Of a stretch of DNA of 49,710 nt, positions 1-7,851 are shown in pieces. The position numbers and the translations under genes were made by a program. Below the pieces are notes generated by a model that was not told the DNA's origin, ran no database searches, and saw nothing but the letters and a program-made list of their open reading frames with translations. Within the stretch, counting starts at the first letter, position 1. Each line of letters opens with the position of its first letter. This DNA is from Actinomycetota bacterium (GTDB taxonomy: Bacteria > Actinomycetota > Acidimicrobiia > IMCC26256 > VFJJ01), in contig VFJJ01000130.1 in the NCBI GenBank assembly GCA_009886115.1, positions 1 to 49,710 of the forward strand. The letters are read 5' to 3'.

Positions 1-105
1 CCGGAAACCCGAGCTCAACTTCTCCAACGACTTGTTGAACTCGATCCCGGTACTGGTCAGGTTCCTGTAGGCGTTGATCGCCCCGATGTTCTGATTGATG
101 CGCAC
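1..105 (-). CDS. fliC: Flagellin, N-terminal part (runs off window start)
   Basis: Not in ORF track. Manual reverse-complement gives GGAGG then GTG at 105: MRINQNIGAINAYRNLTSTGIEFNKSLEKLSSGFR, the classic flagellin N-terminus. Confidence 0.95.
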   Translation of the reverse strand, partial: MRINQNIGAINAYRNLTSTGIEFNKSLEKLSSGFR

Positions 106-109
106 TGTC

Positions 110-180
110 AACCTCCGTGTCGATGAGTGCGAACTCTGGGAGTGGGTGAACCCCTAGGGGGTTTCACGAGCATCCATGCT
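110..180 (-). promoter_or_regulatory. fliC 5' leader with two putative CsrA sites
   Basis: Minus strand: hairpin AGCA-TGGA-TGCT (169-180), a second hairpin (146-167), and CACGGAGG overlapping the SD; csrA and fliW are in the window. Confidence 0.7.
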
Positions 181-192
181 GCTCGAAGGTCC

Positions 193-221
193 CTATCGAC
201 GGGGGCCGTGATCGAGATAAG
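193..221 (-). promoter_or_regulatory. Sigma28-like promoter of fliC
   Basis: CTTA-N17-GTCGATAG on minus strand. Confidence 0.6.
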
Positions 222-308
222 TACGTGGCGTGGCGAATTTTCCGGCGATCCGTGGTTGTGCGGTCGATATTTCTCCAGAAAAGCCGCCAACCGTGACACC
301 ACGCCGAC

Positions 309-950
309 TCAACTCGAATGGTGAAGAACCCCTGGGAGTCCCCGACACCGCTGGGGGAGGTCTTCGTGCCCCTCCCGAGCCGAGGTGAACCGGACCGAGG
401 CGACCCGGCGCCCATCGGGCAGCGTCCGGAGAGCGCCCTGTCCCTGACGCATCCCCGCTGCTGTCATCACCCGGGCCGCCGCGGCGTTCCACGGCACAGC
501 CTCGGCCCAGACCTCACGCACGCCGAGATGCTCATGGGCCAGGCGCAACGCCAGGGTCACCGCCTCGGTGGCGATCCCCCGGCCGCGGCCCCGGCGATGC
601 ACGCTGAAGCCGAGCTGGACGGGCATGTGCTGCGGATCACCCTCGGGCATGGCCACGAGCTGCACGTGCCCGAGGAGCAGACCCGTCCTTGCATCGTCGA
701 TCGCCAGGTCGGCGATGAGGGGGTCGAGCGAGGCGTGCGCGATGTATTCGCGCGAGAACTCGACGACATCGTCGAGCGGGAGATCCCGATAGCCGTGGTT
801 CTCTCGGGACCGGTCGTCGTCGTACGCCGCAACCAGGTCGTCGAGGTCGGCCTCGGTGAGCGGACGGAGATCGACCCCGGAGCCGTGGAGCAGATGATGC
901 CGTCTTCCGGGGCCACCCGGCCGGCATTCGAGCCACGCATCGACCGTCAC
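309..950 (-). CDS. GNAT N-acetyltransferase (RimJ/RimL-like)
   Basis: LRPLTEADL, LGFSVHRRGRGRGIATEA acetyl-CoA motif, PWNAAAARV. Confidence 0.85.
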   Translation of the reverse strand: MTVDAWLECRPGGPGRRHHLLHGSGVDLRPLTEADLDDLVAAYDDDRSRENHGYRDLPLDDVVEFSREYIAHASLDPLIADLAIDDARTGLLLGHVQLVAMPEGDPQHMPVQLGFSVHRRGRGRGIATEAVTLALRLAHEHLGVREVWAEAVPWNAAAARVMTAAGMRQGQGALRTLPDGRRVASVRFTSAREGHEDLPQRCRGLPGVLHHSS

Positions 951-957
951 AGAAGGT

Positions 958-985
958 GCATCGGACCCAAACGGGGCTTTCTTGA
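958..985 (-). promoter_or_regulatory. Sigma28-like promoter of GNAT gene (probably leaderless)
   Basis: TCAAG-N15-TCCGATGC, 7 nt upstream of GTG at 950. Confidence 0.5.
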
Positions 986-999
986 CCCCATCTGAGCCC

Positions 1000-1026
1000 T
1001 AAACAGCCGGCGGCCCCGGCCGATGG
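1000..1026 (+). promoter_or_regulatory. Sigma28 promoter of fliS
   Basis: TAAA-N15-GCCGATGG, near-perfect sigma28 consensus. Confidence 0.8.
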
Positions 1027-1100
1027 GAGTCCGGGCCGCCCCTTGGGTGGCCGGCCAGGGTCTCGGCCGCCGCACCACGACAGCTCGAGGGCAGCACAGC

Positions 1101-1484
1101 GTGAATGCTCCGAACCGCTACCAGACCGACTCCATCTCCACTGCGGGACCGGCGCAGTTGGTGCTCATGCTCTACGACGGGGCCCTGACCGCGATCATGC
1201 GGTCGCGCGTTGCCCTCCTCGAGGGTGGGCCGATCGCTGTGGAGGTGTCGCACCGCGAGCTGCAGCGATGCCAGGACATCGTGTGGGAGCTGCGCATGTC
1301 GCTCGATCGCGACCGCGGCGGACCGATCGCGGCCAGCCTCGGTTCGCTCTACGACTACTGCATCGAGCAGCTCATCGCCGCGAACATCACCAAGGACGCG
1401 ACCAAGCTCGACATCGTCCAGGAGGTCGTCGGCGAGCTGCGCAGCGCGTGGGCCGAAGCCTGTTGCGGCGTCCCGACCGGCTGA
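1101..1484 (+). CDS. fliS: Flagellin export chaperone FliS
   Basis: YQTDSISTAGPAQLVLMLYDGAL, QDIVWELRMSLD, LGSLYDY, ELRSAW; GTG 1101 preferred over ATG 1023, which overlaps the promoter. Confidence 0.93.
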   Translation: MNAPNRYQTDSISTAGPAQLVLMLYDGALTAIMRSRVALLEGGPIAVEVSHRELQRCQDIVWELRMSLDRDRGGPIAASLGSLYDYCIEQLIAANITKDATKLDIVQEVVGELRSAWAEACCGVPTG

Positions 1485-1549
1485 AAGGGACGGCAGGGGC
1501 GGGATCGGGGCACAGCGAACGCCAACCGAGCCCGCACCGGCAGACCGGG

Positions 1550-1578
1550 CTCAACCACCACCACTGATCGTCCGATGA
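1550..1578 (+). promoter_or_regulatory. Sigma28-like promoter in fliS-flgB intergenic region
   Basis: CTCA-N17-TCCGATGA. Confidence 0.55.
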
Positions 1579-1584
1579 GACGTC

Positions 1585-1710
1585 CACGGAGCTCACCCCG
1601 CCGGCGTTGGCCGACCGGGGGAGCGCCACACAACGAGAAAACAGCTCCGGTCATGGATCGACCGGTTCGGGCATCCAGGGAAGAACGCCTCGGCGTTCTT
1701 CCCTTGTTTG
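1585..1710 (+). ncRNA. Candidate structured sRNA or attenuator with GGA motifs
   Basis: Lies between a sigma28-like promoter and an intrinsic terminator; hairpin CCGGTC-ATGGATC-GACCGG; ACGGA, GGGGA and AGGGA motifs; no plausible ORF. Confidence 0.45.
1677..1710 (+). terminator. Rho-independent terminator
   Basis: AGGGAAGAACGCC-TC-GGCGTTCTTCCCT perfect inverted repeat followed by TGTTTG. Confidence 0.75.
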
Positions 1711-1712
1711 CG

Positions 1713-1739
1713 TTCACCCCTGAAAGCGAGCACCGATGA
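1713..1739 (+). promoter_or_regulatory. Possible sigma28-like promoter of flgB operon
   Basis: TTCA-N15-ACCGATGA directly after the terminator. Confidence 0.4.
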
Positions 1740-2107
1740 TCGAGCGGTCCAGCAGCATCGCCGACACGACGATGAAGGCGATCGAGTACGCCATGGGCGG
1801 GCTCTCGCGCCGGGCCGACGTGCGAGCCAACAACATCGCCAACGGCGAGACCCCCGGGTTCAAGGCCAAGAGCCTGAGCTTCGAGCGGCAGCTCGGTCAC
1901 GCGCTGCGCAACGGCGAGATCGACAACGTGGCCGGGTTCTCGCAGGGCCTGCGCGACACCACCCCCGACGCCTTCGACAACACCGTCGAGCTCGAGGAGG
2001 AGGTGGCCGAGATGACCAAGGACAACCTCATGGTCACGGCCATGGTCAACGCCTACAACTACAAGGTCGGTCTCCTGCGTTCGGCCATCTCGGGCGGCGG
2101 TCGCTGA
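1736..2107 (+). CDS. flgB: Basal-body rod protein FlgB
   Basis: RADVRANNIANGETPGFKAK, NTVELEEE; start may be ATG 1772. Confidence 0.93.
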   Translation: MIERSSSIADTTMKAIEYAMGGLSRRADVRANNIANGETPGFKAKSLSFERQLGHALRNGEIDNVAGFSQGLRDTTPDAFDNTVELEEEVAEMTKDNLMVTAMVNAYNYKVGLLRSAISGGGR

Positions 2108-2109
2108 TC

Positions 2110-2526
2110 ATGGGCATGGGACCGTTCAGCACGATCGACGTCAGCACGACCGGGATCACGTTCTCGCGTTTCTGGCTCGACACGCTCGCTCACAACATGG
2201 CCAACGTCAACACCGTGCGCTCCTTCGACGAGGAGCCGTTCCGGGCCAAGTTCCTGCGCGCCGAGGAGACCGCCTCCGCCGACCGCGGCGGTCCCGGGCG
2301 AGGCGTGCACCTCGAGGAGATCGTTGCTACGCAAGGAGATCCGACTGTCGTGTTCGACCCCGACCACCCCCTGGCCAACGCACAGGGCCTCGTGAAGCGG
2401 GCGATGGTCGACATGGCCGGACAGATGTCGGACCTCATCGTGGCCCAGCGGTCGTACCAGATGAACATCCGCGTGGTGCAGGCCGCCAAAGAGGCCTACG
2501 AAGCAGCGCTCCGGGTCGGCCGGTAG
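2110..2526 (+). CDS. flgC: Basal-body rod protein FlgC
   Basis: AHNMANVNT, FDPDHPLANAQGLV, MSDLIVAQRSYQMN; ATG 2110 just after the flgB stop. Confidence 0.95.
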   Translation: MGMGPFSTIDVSTTGITFSRFWLDTLAHNMANVNTVRSFDEEPFRAKFLRAEETASADRGGPGRGVHLEEIVATQGDPTVVFDPDHPLANAQGLVKRAMVDMAGQMSDLIVAQRSYQMNIRVVQAAKEAYEAALRVGR

Positions 2527-2576
2527 GGCCGGGACCAGGACCAGAACCAGATGATCCAGAGGACGGGACACCAATC

Positions 2577-2891
2577 ATGAGCATCGGTGGCATTGCCAGC
2601 ATCGGCGGCGGGATCTCCCCGATCTCGCGCCCCATCCCGGGCATCGGCGCCGCCGAGATCGGGCCGGGGGGCGACAGCTTCAAGGACGCGGTCGCACGGG
2701 GGCTGCAGTCGGTGTCGAACCAGGAGAATCAGGCCGACGGCCTCAGCCAGGCCCTGGCCGCGGGCGAGCAGGTGCAGATCCACGACGTGATGGCCGCCAC
2801 CACCAAGGCCCAGCTGTCGGTCGATCTGCTCGTGCAGGTGCGCAACAAGGCCGTCGACGCGTACCGCGAGATCATGAACATGCAGGTCTGA
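2577..2891 (+). CDS. fliE: Hook-basal body protein FliE
   Basis: IHDVMAATTKAQLSVDLLVQVRNKAVDAYREIMNMQV. Confidence 0.96.
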   Translation: MSIGGIASIGGGISPISRPIPGIGAAEIGPGGDSFKDAVARGLQSVSNQENQADGLSQALAAGEQVQIHDVMAATTKAQLSVDLLVQVRNKAVDAYREIMNMQV

Positions 2892-2893
2892 CG

Positions 2894-4219
2894 ATGTCGA
2901 ACCCGACCGCGCTCGCCGTCGACGAGCTGTCCCAGCGCCTGCGCCGCACGGAGGTCTTCCGTGTCGGGGGCAGCGTCGCGGGCGTCATGGGCCACGAGGT
3001 GGAGGTGCGCGGGCTGCGTCTGCGGCTCGGCGACGTCCTCGGCGTCCACACCGAGGCCGGTGATCGCCTCGCTGAAGTCGTCGCTGTCGGCCCGGACTCG
3101 GCGAGCGCGCTCGTCTACGGCGAGACCGGCGGTATCGGCCGAGGTGATCGGGTCAGCCTGCGCCGCGAGGGCTTCGGCGCCGAGGTCGGAGCCGGACTGG
3201 TCGGACGGGTGATCGACGCATTCGGCCAGCCGATGGACGGAGGACCGCCCGTGCGGGGCGAACCCGTCCAGGTGCACATGGACGTTCCCGATCCGATGGA
3301 GCGCCAACGGATCTCGCAGCCCCTCCCCGTCGGGGTACGGGTCATCGACTCCCTGTGCACGATCGGACGAGGTCAGCGCCTCGGGATCTTCGGCGGCTCG
3401 GGTGTCGGCAAGTCGACGCTCCTCGGGATGATGGCCCGGGGCACCACGGCCGAGATCTCGGTCCTGGCGCTCATCGGTGAGCGCGGCCGTGAGGTGCGGG
3501 AGTTCATCGAGGACGACCTCGGCCCCGAAGGGATGCGCCGGTCGATCGTGGTGGTCGCCACCTCGGATCAGCCGCCGCTCGTCCGCCTGCGGGCCGGCTT
3601 CCTCGCCACGCGCATCGCCGAGTGGTTCGCCGATCGCGAGGCCGACGTGCTGTTGATGTTCGACTCACTCACCCGCATGGCCATGGCCCAGCGCGATGTG
3701 GGTCTCGCAGCGGGCGAGCCTCCCACGGCTCGCGGCTACACACCCTCGGTCTTCTCCCTGATGCCCAAGCTGCTCGAACGGGCGGGCCCCCGAGCCCGCG
3801 GCACGGTCACCGGCCTGTACACCGTGCTCGTCGACGGCGACGACATGAACGACCCGATCGCTGACGCCGCTCGCTCGATCCTCGACGGTCACATCGTGCT
3901 CGACCGTCGCATGGGCACCCTGGGGCGCTATCCGGCGATCGACCCGCTGGCCTCGTTGAGCCGGCTGGCGTCGAAGGTCACGACGCCCGAGCAGAGGGGC
4001 CAGGCCCAGGCCATCCGGGCTGCGCTCTCCGCAGCCGAGGAAGTGCGCGATCTGGTCGAGGTCGGCGCCTACGTGCCGGGCACGAATCCCTTGGCCGACA
4101 AGGGCTTGGCGGCGAGTCCCGACATCGTGCACGGCTTCTTGAAGCAGGACGCGCTCGAGGTGACGAGCTTCACCGACACGTGGGCCCGAGCTGCCGAGCT
4201 CGCCCGGAGGGTCGCATGA
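2894..4219 (+). CDS. fliI: Flagellar export ATPase FliI
   Basis: Walker A GGSGVGKST, ALIGERGREVREF, DSLTR, GEPPTARGYTPS, DPIADAARSILDGH. Confidence 0.97.
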   Translation: MSNPTALAVDELSQRLRRTEVFRVGGSVAGVMGHEVEVRGLRLRLGDVLGVHTEAGDRLAEVVAVGPDSASALVYGETGGIGRGDRVSLRREGFGAEVGAGLVGRVIDAFGQPMDGGPPVRGEPVQVHMDVPDPMERQRISQPLPVGVRVIDSLCTIGRGQRLGIFGGSGVGKSTLLGMMARGTTAEISVLALIGERGREVREFIEDDLGPEGMRRSIVVVATSDQPPLVRLRAGFLATRIAEWFADREADVLLMFDSLTRMAMAQRDVGLAAGEPPTARGYTPSVFSLMPKLLERAGPRARGTVTGLYTVLVDGDDMNDPIADAARSILDGHIVLDRRMGTLGRYPAIDPLASLSRLASKVTTPEQRGQAQAIRAALSAAEEVRDLVEVGAYVPGTNPLADKGLAASPDIVHGFLKQDALEVTSFTDTWARAAELARRVA

Positions 4220-4265
4220 GCGGGCCGAGCTCGAGCGAGCAGACGTCGAGCGAGCAGGGGGCACC

Positions 4266-4703
4266 GTGAAGAAGCGTGACCCCATCAAGACGCTGCTGCG
4301 GATCCGCGACATCCGCGAGCGTCAAGCCCGCGGGCGCCTGGCCGTGCAGCACCAGGAGCAGGCCAAGGCCGAGACCGCGCTCGAACGGCGTCAACGGGCC
4401 TACATGGAGCGCGACGTCCCGGCGCGCGAGCTCTCGCCCGCCCAACTCCGGGTGCTGAGCCTGCAGGGGATCCGTTCGCTCGAGCTCCTCAACGACGCCG
4501 CCCGGGCGCTCGACGAGGAACGGCTCCGCACCGAGCGCGTCCGCGACGCCTGGTCGCGAACCGCCAACGCGCTCCGGAGCGCCCAGCGTCTCGACGAGCG
4601 ACGCGAGATCGACGCAGCCGTTTCGGCCCGGAAGGCGTCCGACAAGGCGCTCGACGAGCTGGTGCTCACGCTGCGCGAACCCAAGCGGGGGAAGCGATCA
4701 TGA
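4266..4703 (+). CDS. fliJ: Flagellar export protein FliJ
   Basis: 145-aa coiled coil directly after fliI; TLLRIRDIRERQA, C-terminal KALDEL. Confidence 0.75.
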   Translation: MKKRDPIKTLLRIRDIRERQARGRLAVQHQEQAKAETALERRQRAYMERDVPARELSPAQLRVLSLQGIRSLELLNDAARALDEERLRTERVRDAWSRTANALRSAQRLDERREIDAAVSARKASDKALDELVLTLREPKRGKRS

Positions 4704-5431
4704 CGACGGACCTGCGCCCTGCCGGCCTCGACCGGGTACTGGCCCGCATGGCCGAGCTGCGCTCGAGCATGGGCGCGGGCAGATCGTCGGGCCCCACGTT
4801 CGACGACATGATGCTTGCTGCGGAGCGCCGCCCGACCGGCCCGGTCTATGCCGTCGCCGAGAGCCTCCCCGAGACATCGACCACCGCTGCAGCCGACGCG
4901 CTGCTCTCGACGGCCTCGGCCTATCCCCGCGTGGGCTCGACCACCGGGCTCGCCGGGACCGCATCGACGATCCCGGCCGTGGCCGACCTGTTCGACCCCA
5001 GCGCTCCGATCGATCCTTCGTGGGCGGCGGCACTGCCCGAGGCGGGGATGCCCTGGAGCGGAGCCATCGGGGATGCGGCTGCCCGCAACGGCGTCGACCC
5101 TCGACTGCTCAGCGCGCTGGTCTGGACCGAGTCGGGCTTCCGGCCTGAGGCCGTCTCCGAAGCCGGGGCCCGGGGTCTCGCTCAGCTCATGCCAGCCACC
5201 GCGGCCGGGCTCGGAGTCGATCCCGACGATCCGCTGCAGAACCTCGACGGCGGCGCCCGCTACCTCCGATCCGCCCTCGACCGCTTCGGTCGCCTCGACC
5301 TGGCCCTGGCCGCGTACAACGCCGGTCCTCGCCGGGTCGACGAGGCCGGCGGTGTTCCCGACATCCCCCAGACCCGCGCCTACGTGAGCAGGGTTCTCGA
5401 TCGCTACCGCCTCCTGGGAGGCCCGACATGA
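4700..5431 (+). CDS. Lytic transglycosylase (SLT domain)
   Basis: TESGF, GARGLAQLMP, ALAAYNAG. Confidence 0.93.
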   Translation: MTTDLRPAGLDRVLARMAELRSSMGAGRSSGPTFDDMMLAAERRPTGPVYAVAESLPETSTTAAADALLSTASAYPRVGSTTGLAGTASTIPAVADLFDPSAPIDPSWAAALPEAGMPWSGAIGDAAARNGVDPRLLSALVWTESGFRPEAVSEAGARGLAQLMPATAAGLGVDPDDPLQNLDGGARYLRSALDRFGRLDLALAAYNAGPRRVDEAGGVPDIPQTRAYVSRVLDRYRLLGGPT

Positions 5432-7254
5432 ACATCGCGTCCACCATCGTCGCTAGCGGAAGGGCCGAGCTCACCGGCATCCGAGCCGTCGACGCTCTCG
5501 GAGCCCCACGGATCCGCGGGGCGGGCACGTCGTCCGCCTTCAGCACGGTCCTGCAGAGCGAGCTCGACACCCCGACGACTGAAGCACGGCCCCGCACCGA
5601 CCGCCGGCCTGCCGGCGACCGCGCGCTGCGCGACCGTGATCACGACCATCGGCTTCCCGCAGCGCGCGCGGTTCGACCGAGCGCGCCGGCAAGCAACGAG
5701 CCCGCCATGGTCGACCGCACCGACGACCTCGAGGCCACCGAGGAGACAGGGGCCACCGACGAGACAGGGGCCACCGAGGAGACCGAGGCCACCGAGGAGA
5801 CCGAGGCCACCGAGGAGACCGAGGAGACCGAGGAGACAGGGGCCTCGCGCTCCGGACGGCTCGAGCACGATCCGCACCCGAGCGCGTCGGTGAGCCCGAC
5901 CGCCGTGGCGGCGCCGACGACGGCCGCTCCCCAACTTGCGGCACCGCCGACGACCGAGAGACCTGGTGACGTCGTCGTCGCAGCGATCGGTGCGCCCGCG
6001 TCCAGCGCAGTCGACGCCGTCGACGCGAGCCGGACCGCACCGGCCGTCGCCGCCCTGGCCGACACCCCGAACGGGCACACGAGCCCAGCCAACGCGGCGG
6101 CGACGGTGGCGTCGGGAGCGACGGCCGATGCGAGCACCGCGGCGACTGCCCTCGCACCGGCGACGACCGAGCTCAACGTGGCGCCGGGCTCGCCCGCACC
6201 GGTCTCGGCCACACCCGTCCCGAGCCCGACCGCGACAGCGCCTGCCGCGGTGACGCCAGGAGCCGAACCGTCGATAGCGACGCCGATCGCCGTCGATCCG
6301 GTCCCCGTGACGGCGGCCACTGTCCTCGCCGGAGTCGTCGCCAGCCCGGTCTCGAAGGCAACGTCGGGTGCCCGTGCCGCCGAAGACGAGCTGGCGCCGA
6401 CCGACGCTGCCGCTGCGACGACCCCGAGCGCGAGCACGGCGGCCGTTGCGACCACGGACACGGCCGCCAGCGCTGCTCTCGGCGGCGAAACAGCGGACGA
6501 CACCAGCGAAGCCGACGACGATCAGGTCGCCACCTCCGACGTCGCCGCACCGACCGAGCGCCCACAGACCACCGATGCGACGCCGATGGCGATCGCGACG
6601 GCCGACCCGGGTGCCGCGGCCCAGCTCGCCGCGGCCGCGGCCGCGGGGGCGCCCATCTCGACCGAGCTCACGGAGAGTGCACCGGCGACCACGAGCGGGC
6701 CCCGACCGGTAGGTGAGACCCCGATCGTGGGCGCCACCGCGACGACAGGACCAGCGGCTCCGGCAGGCTCGCTCACCGGTCCGAACAGCCTGGTCGAGCC
6801 GAAGATCGTTCCTTCGGAGACCCCGGCACCGACGAGCACCGCAGCCCAGCGGCTGATGGACATCGTCGAGCGTCTCGAGCACGCTCCCCCGCCTCGGCGG
6901 ATGTTCGTCGAGCTCCCCGAGCTCGCCGGCGCCCGGGTGGAAGTGGCGCTGCGCGGAACCGAGGTCCACGTTCGCATCGTCGGGGGATCGGCGATGTCGG
7001 CCGGCGACGGCTCGGACCGTGAGGCCTTCGGCTCCTTGGCCCGCGACCTCGATCGGGCACTCGCAGATCGGGGCTTCAGCCTCGGGGACAGCTCGGCCCG
7101 ACGTCAGGGCCACTCCCGCTCCGGCACCGACGACGAGCGTCCACCGCCCAACGGCGACCGCGCTCGGCCGATGACCGACGACGGATCACCGCGGCGATCT
7201 CGCCGCAGCGCGGGCGACGGGCCCGGAGCGGTACCGAGCGGATTGAGGATCTGA
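5428..7254 (+). CDS. fliK: Hook-length control protein FliK (putative)
   Basis: Long A/T/P-rich low-complexity region, FliK_C-like end (VELPELAGARVEVALRGTEVHVRI, LDRALADRGFSL), directly upstream of flgD. Confidence 0.75.
   Translation: MNIASTIVASGRAELTGIRAVDALGAPRIRGAGTSSAFSTVLQSELDTPTTEARPRTDRRPAGDRALRDRDHDHRLPAARAVRPSAPASNEPAMVDRTDDLEATEETGATDETGATEETEATEETEATEETEETEETGASRSGRLEHDPHPSASVSPTAVAAPTTAAPQLAAPPTTERPGDVVVAAIGAPASSAVDAVDASRTAPAVAALADTPNGHTSPANAAATVASGATADASTAATALAPATTELNVAPGSPAPVSATPVPSPTATAPAAVTPGAEPSIATPIAVDPVPVTAATVLAGVVASPVSKATSGARAAEDELAPTDAAAATTPSASTAAVATTDTAASAALGGETADDTSEADDDQVATSDVAAPTERPQTTDATPMAIATADPGAAAQLAAAAAAGAPISTELTESAPATTSGPRPVGETPIVGATATTGPAAPAGSLTGPNSLVEPKIVPSETPAPTSTAAQRLMDIVERLEHAPPPRRMFVELPELAGARVEVALRGTEVHVRIVGGSAMSAGDGSDREAFGSLARDLDRALADRGFSLGDSSARRQGHSRSGTDDERPPPNGDRARPMTDDGSPRRSRRSAGDGPGAVPSGLRI
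5731..5844 (+). repeat. In-frame 18/9-bp tandem repeat (ATEETE/G) in fliK
   Basis: Repeated GCCACCGAGGAGACC/AG and GAGGAGACC units. Confidence 0.9.
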
Positions 7255-7255
7255 G

Positions 7256-7789
7256 ATGCCCGAAGTCACGTACCAGCCGATCACGACGGTGCCCCGAGGA
7301 CCCGCCGTCGCTGCGCCCCGACAGGTGGTGGGAGGGAGCTCCATCCTCGGGGGCCTGGGCTCGGACGCCTTCTTGAAGCTGTTCATCGCGCAGCTCAAGT
7401 ACCAGAACCCCATGGAGCCCATGGACGGCACGCAGATGATGGCGCAGACCAGCCAGTTCACCATGGTCGAGACGCTGCAGGCCCTGTCGGAAGCCCAGAA
7501 GACGACCATGGGCTACACCCAGATGTCGACCGCCACCGGCCTCATCGGTCGCAGCGTGACCGCGCTCGACAACGGTGAGACGGTCACCGGGGTGATCGAC
7601 CGGGTCCAGGTCAGCACCGACGGGCCCGTCCTCGTGATGGGCGCCCGCAAGGTGCCGATCACTGCGGTCATCAGCGTCGGCGTCCCGCCGGCCTCGACGG
7701 GTGCCACCCCGGGCCCGGCCACCAGCACCACCCCGACCACGGGTGCCACCCCGGGCCCGGCCACCAGCACCACCCCGACCACCCCCTGA
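7256..7789 (+). CDS. flgD: Hook capping protein FlgD
   Basis: FLKLFIAQLKYQNPMEPMD, AQTSQFT, LIGRSV. Confidence 0.95.
   Translation: MPEVTYQPITTVPRGPAVAAPRQVVGGSSILGGLGSDAFLKLFIAQLKYQNPMEPMDGTQMMAQTSQFTMVETLQALSEAQKTTMGYTQMSTATGLIGRSVTALDNGETVTGVIDRVQVSTDGPVLVMGARKVPITAVISVGVPPASTGATPGPATSTTPTTGATPGPATSTTPTTP
7697..7780 (+). repeat. Perfect 42-bp tandem duplication in flgD 3' end
   Basis: ACGGGTGCCACCCCGGGCCCGGCCACCAGCACCACCCCGACC twice. Confidence 0.95.
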
Positions 7790-7851
7790 GCTACCGCTCA
7801 GCCCGCCCGAGCACCACGCGTTCCCCACGGAGCAAGGAGCCCCAACCCACC

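Noticed and set aside
1585..1710. c-di-GMP riboswitch upstream of flgB
   Set aside because: I could not match class I or class II consensus features by eye; kept as an unknown GGA-containing RNA pending an Rfam search
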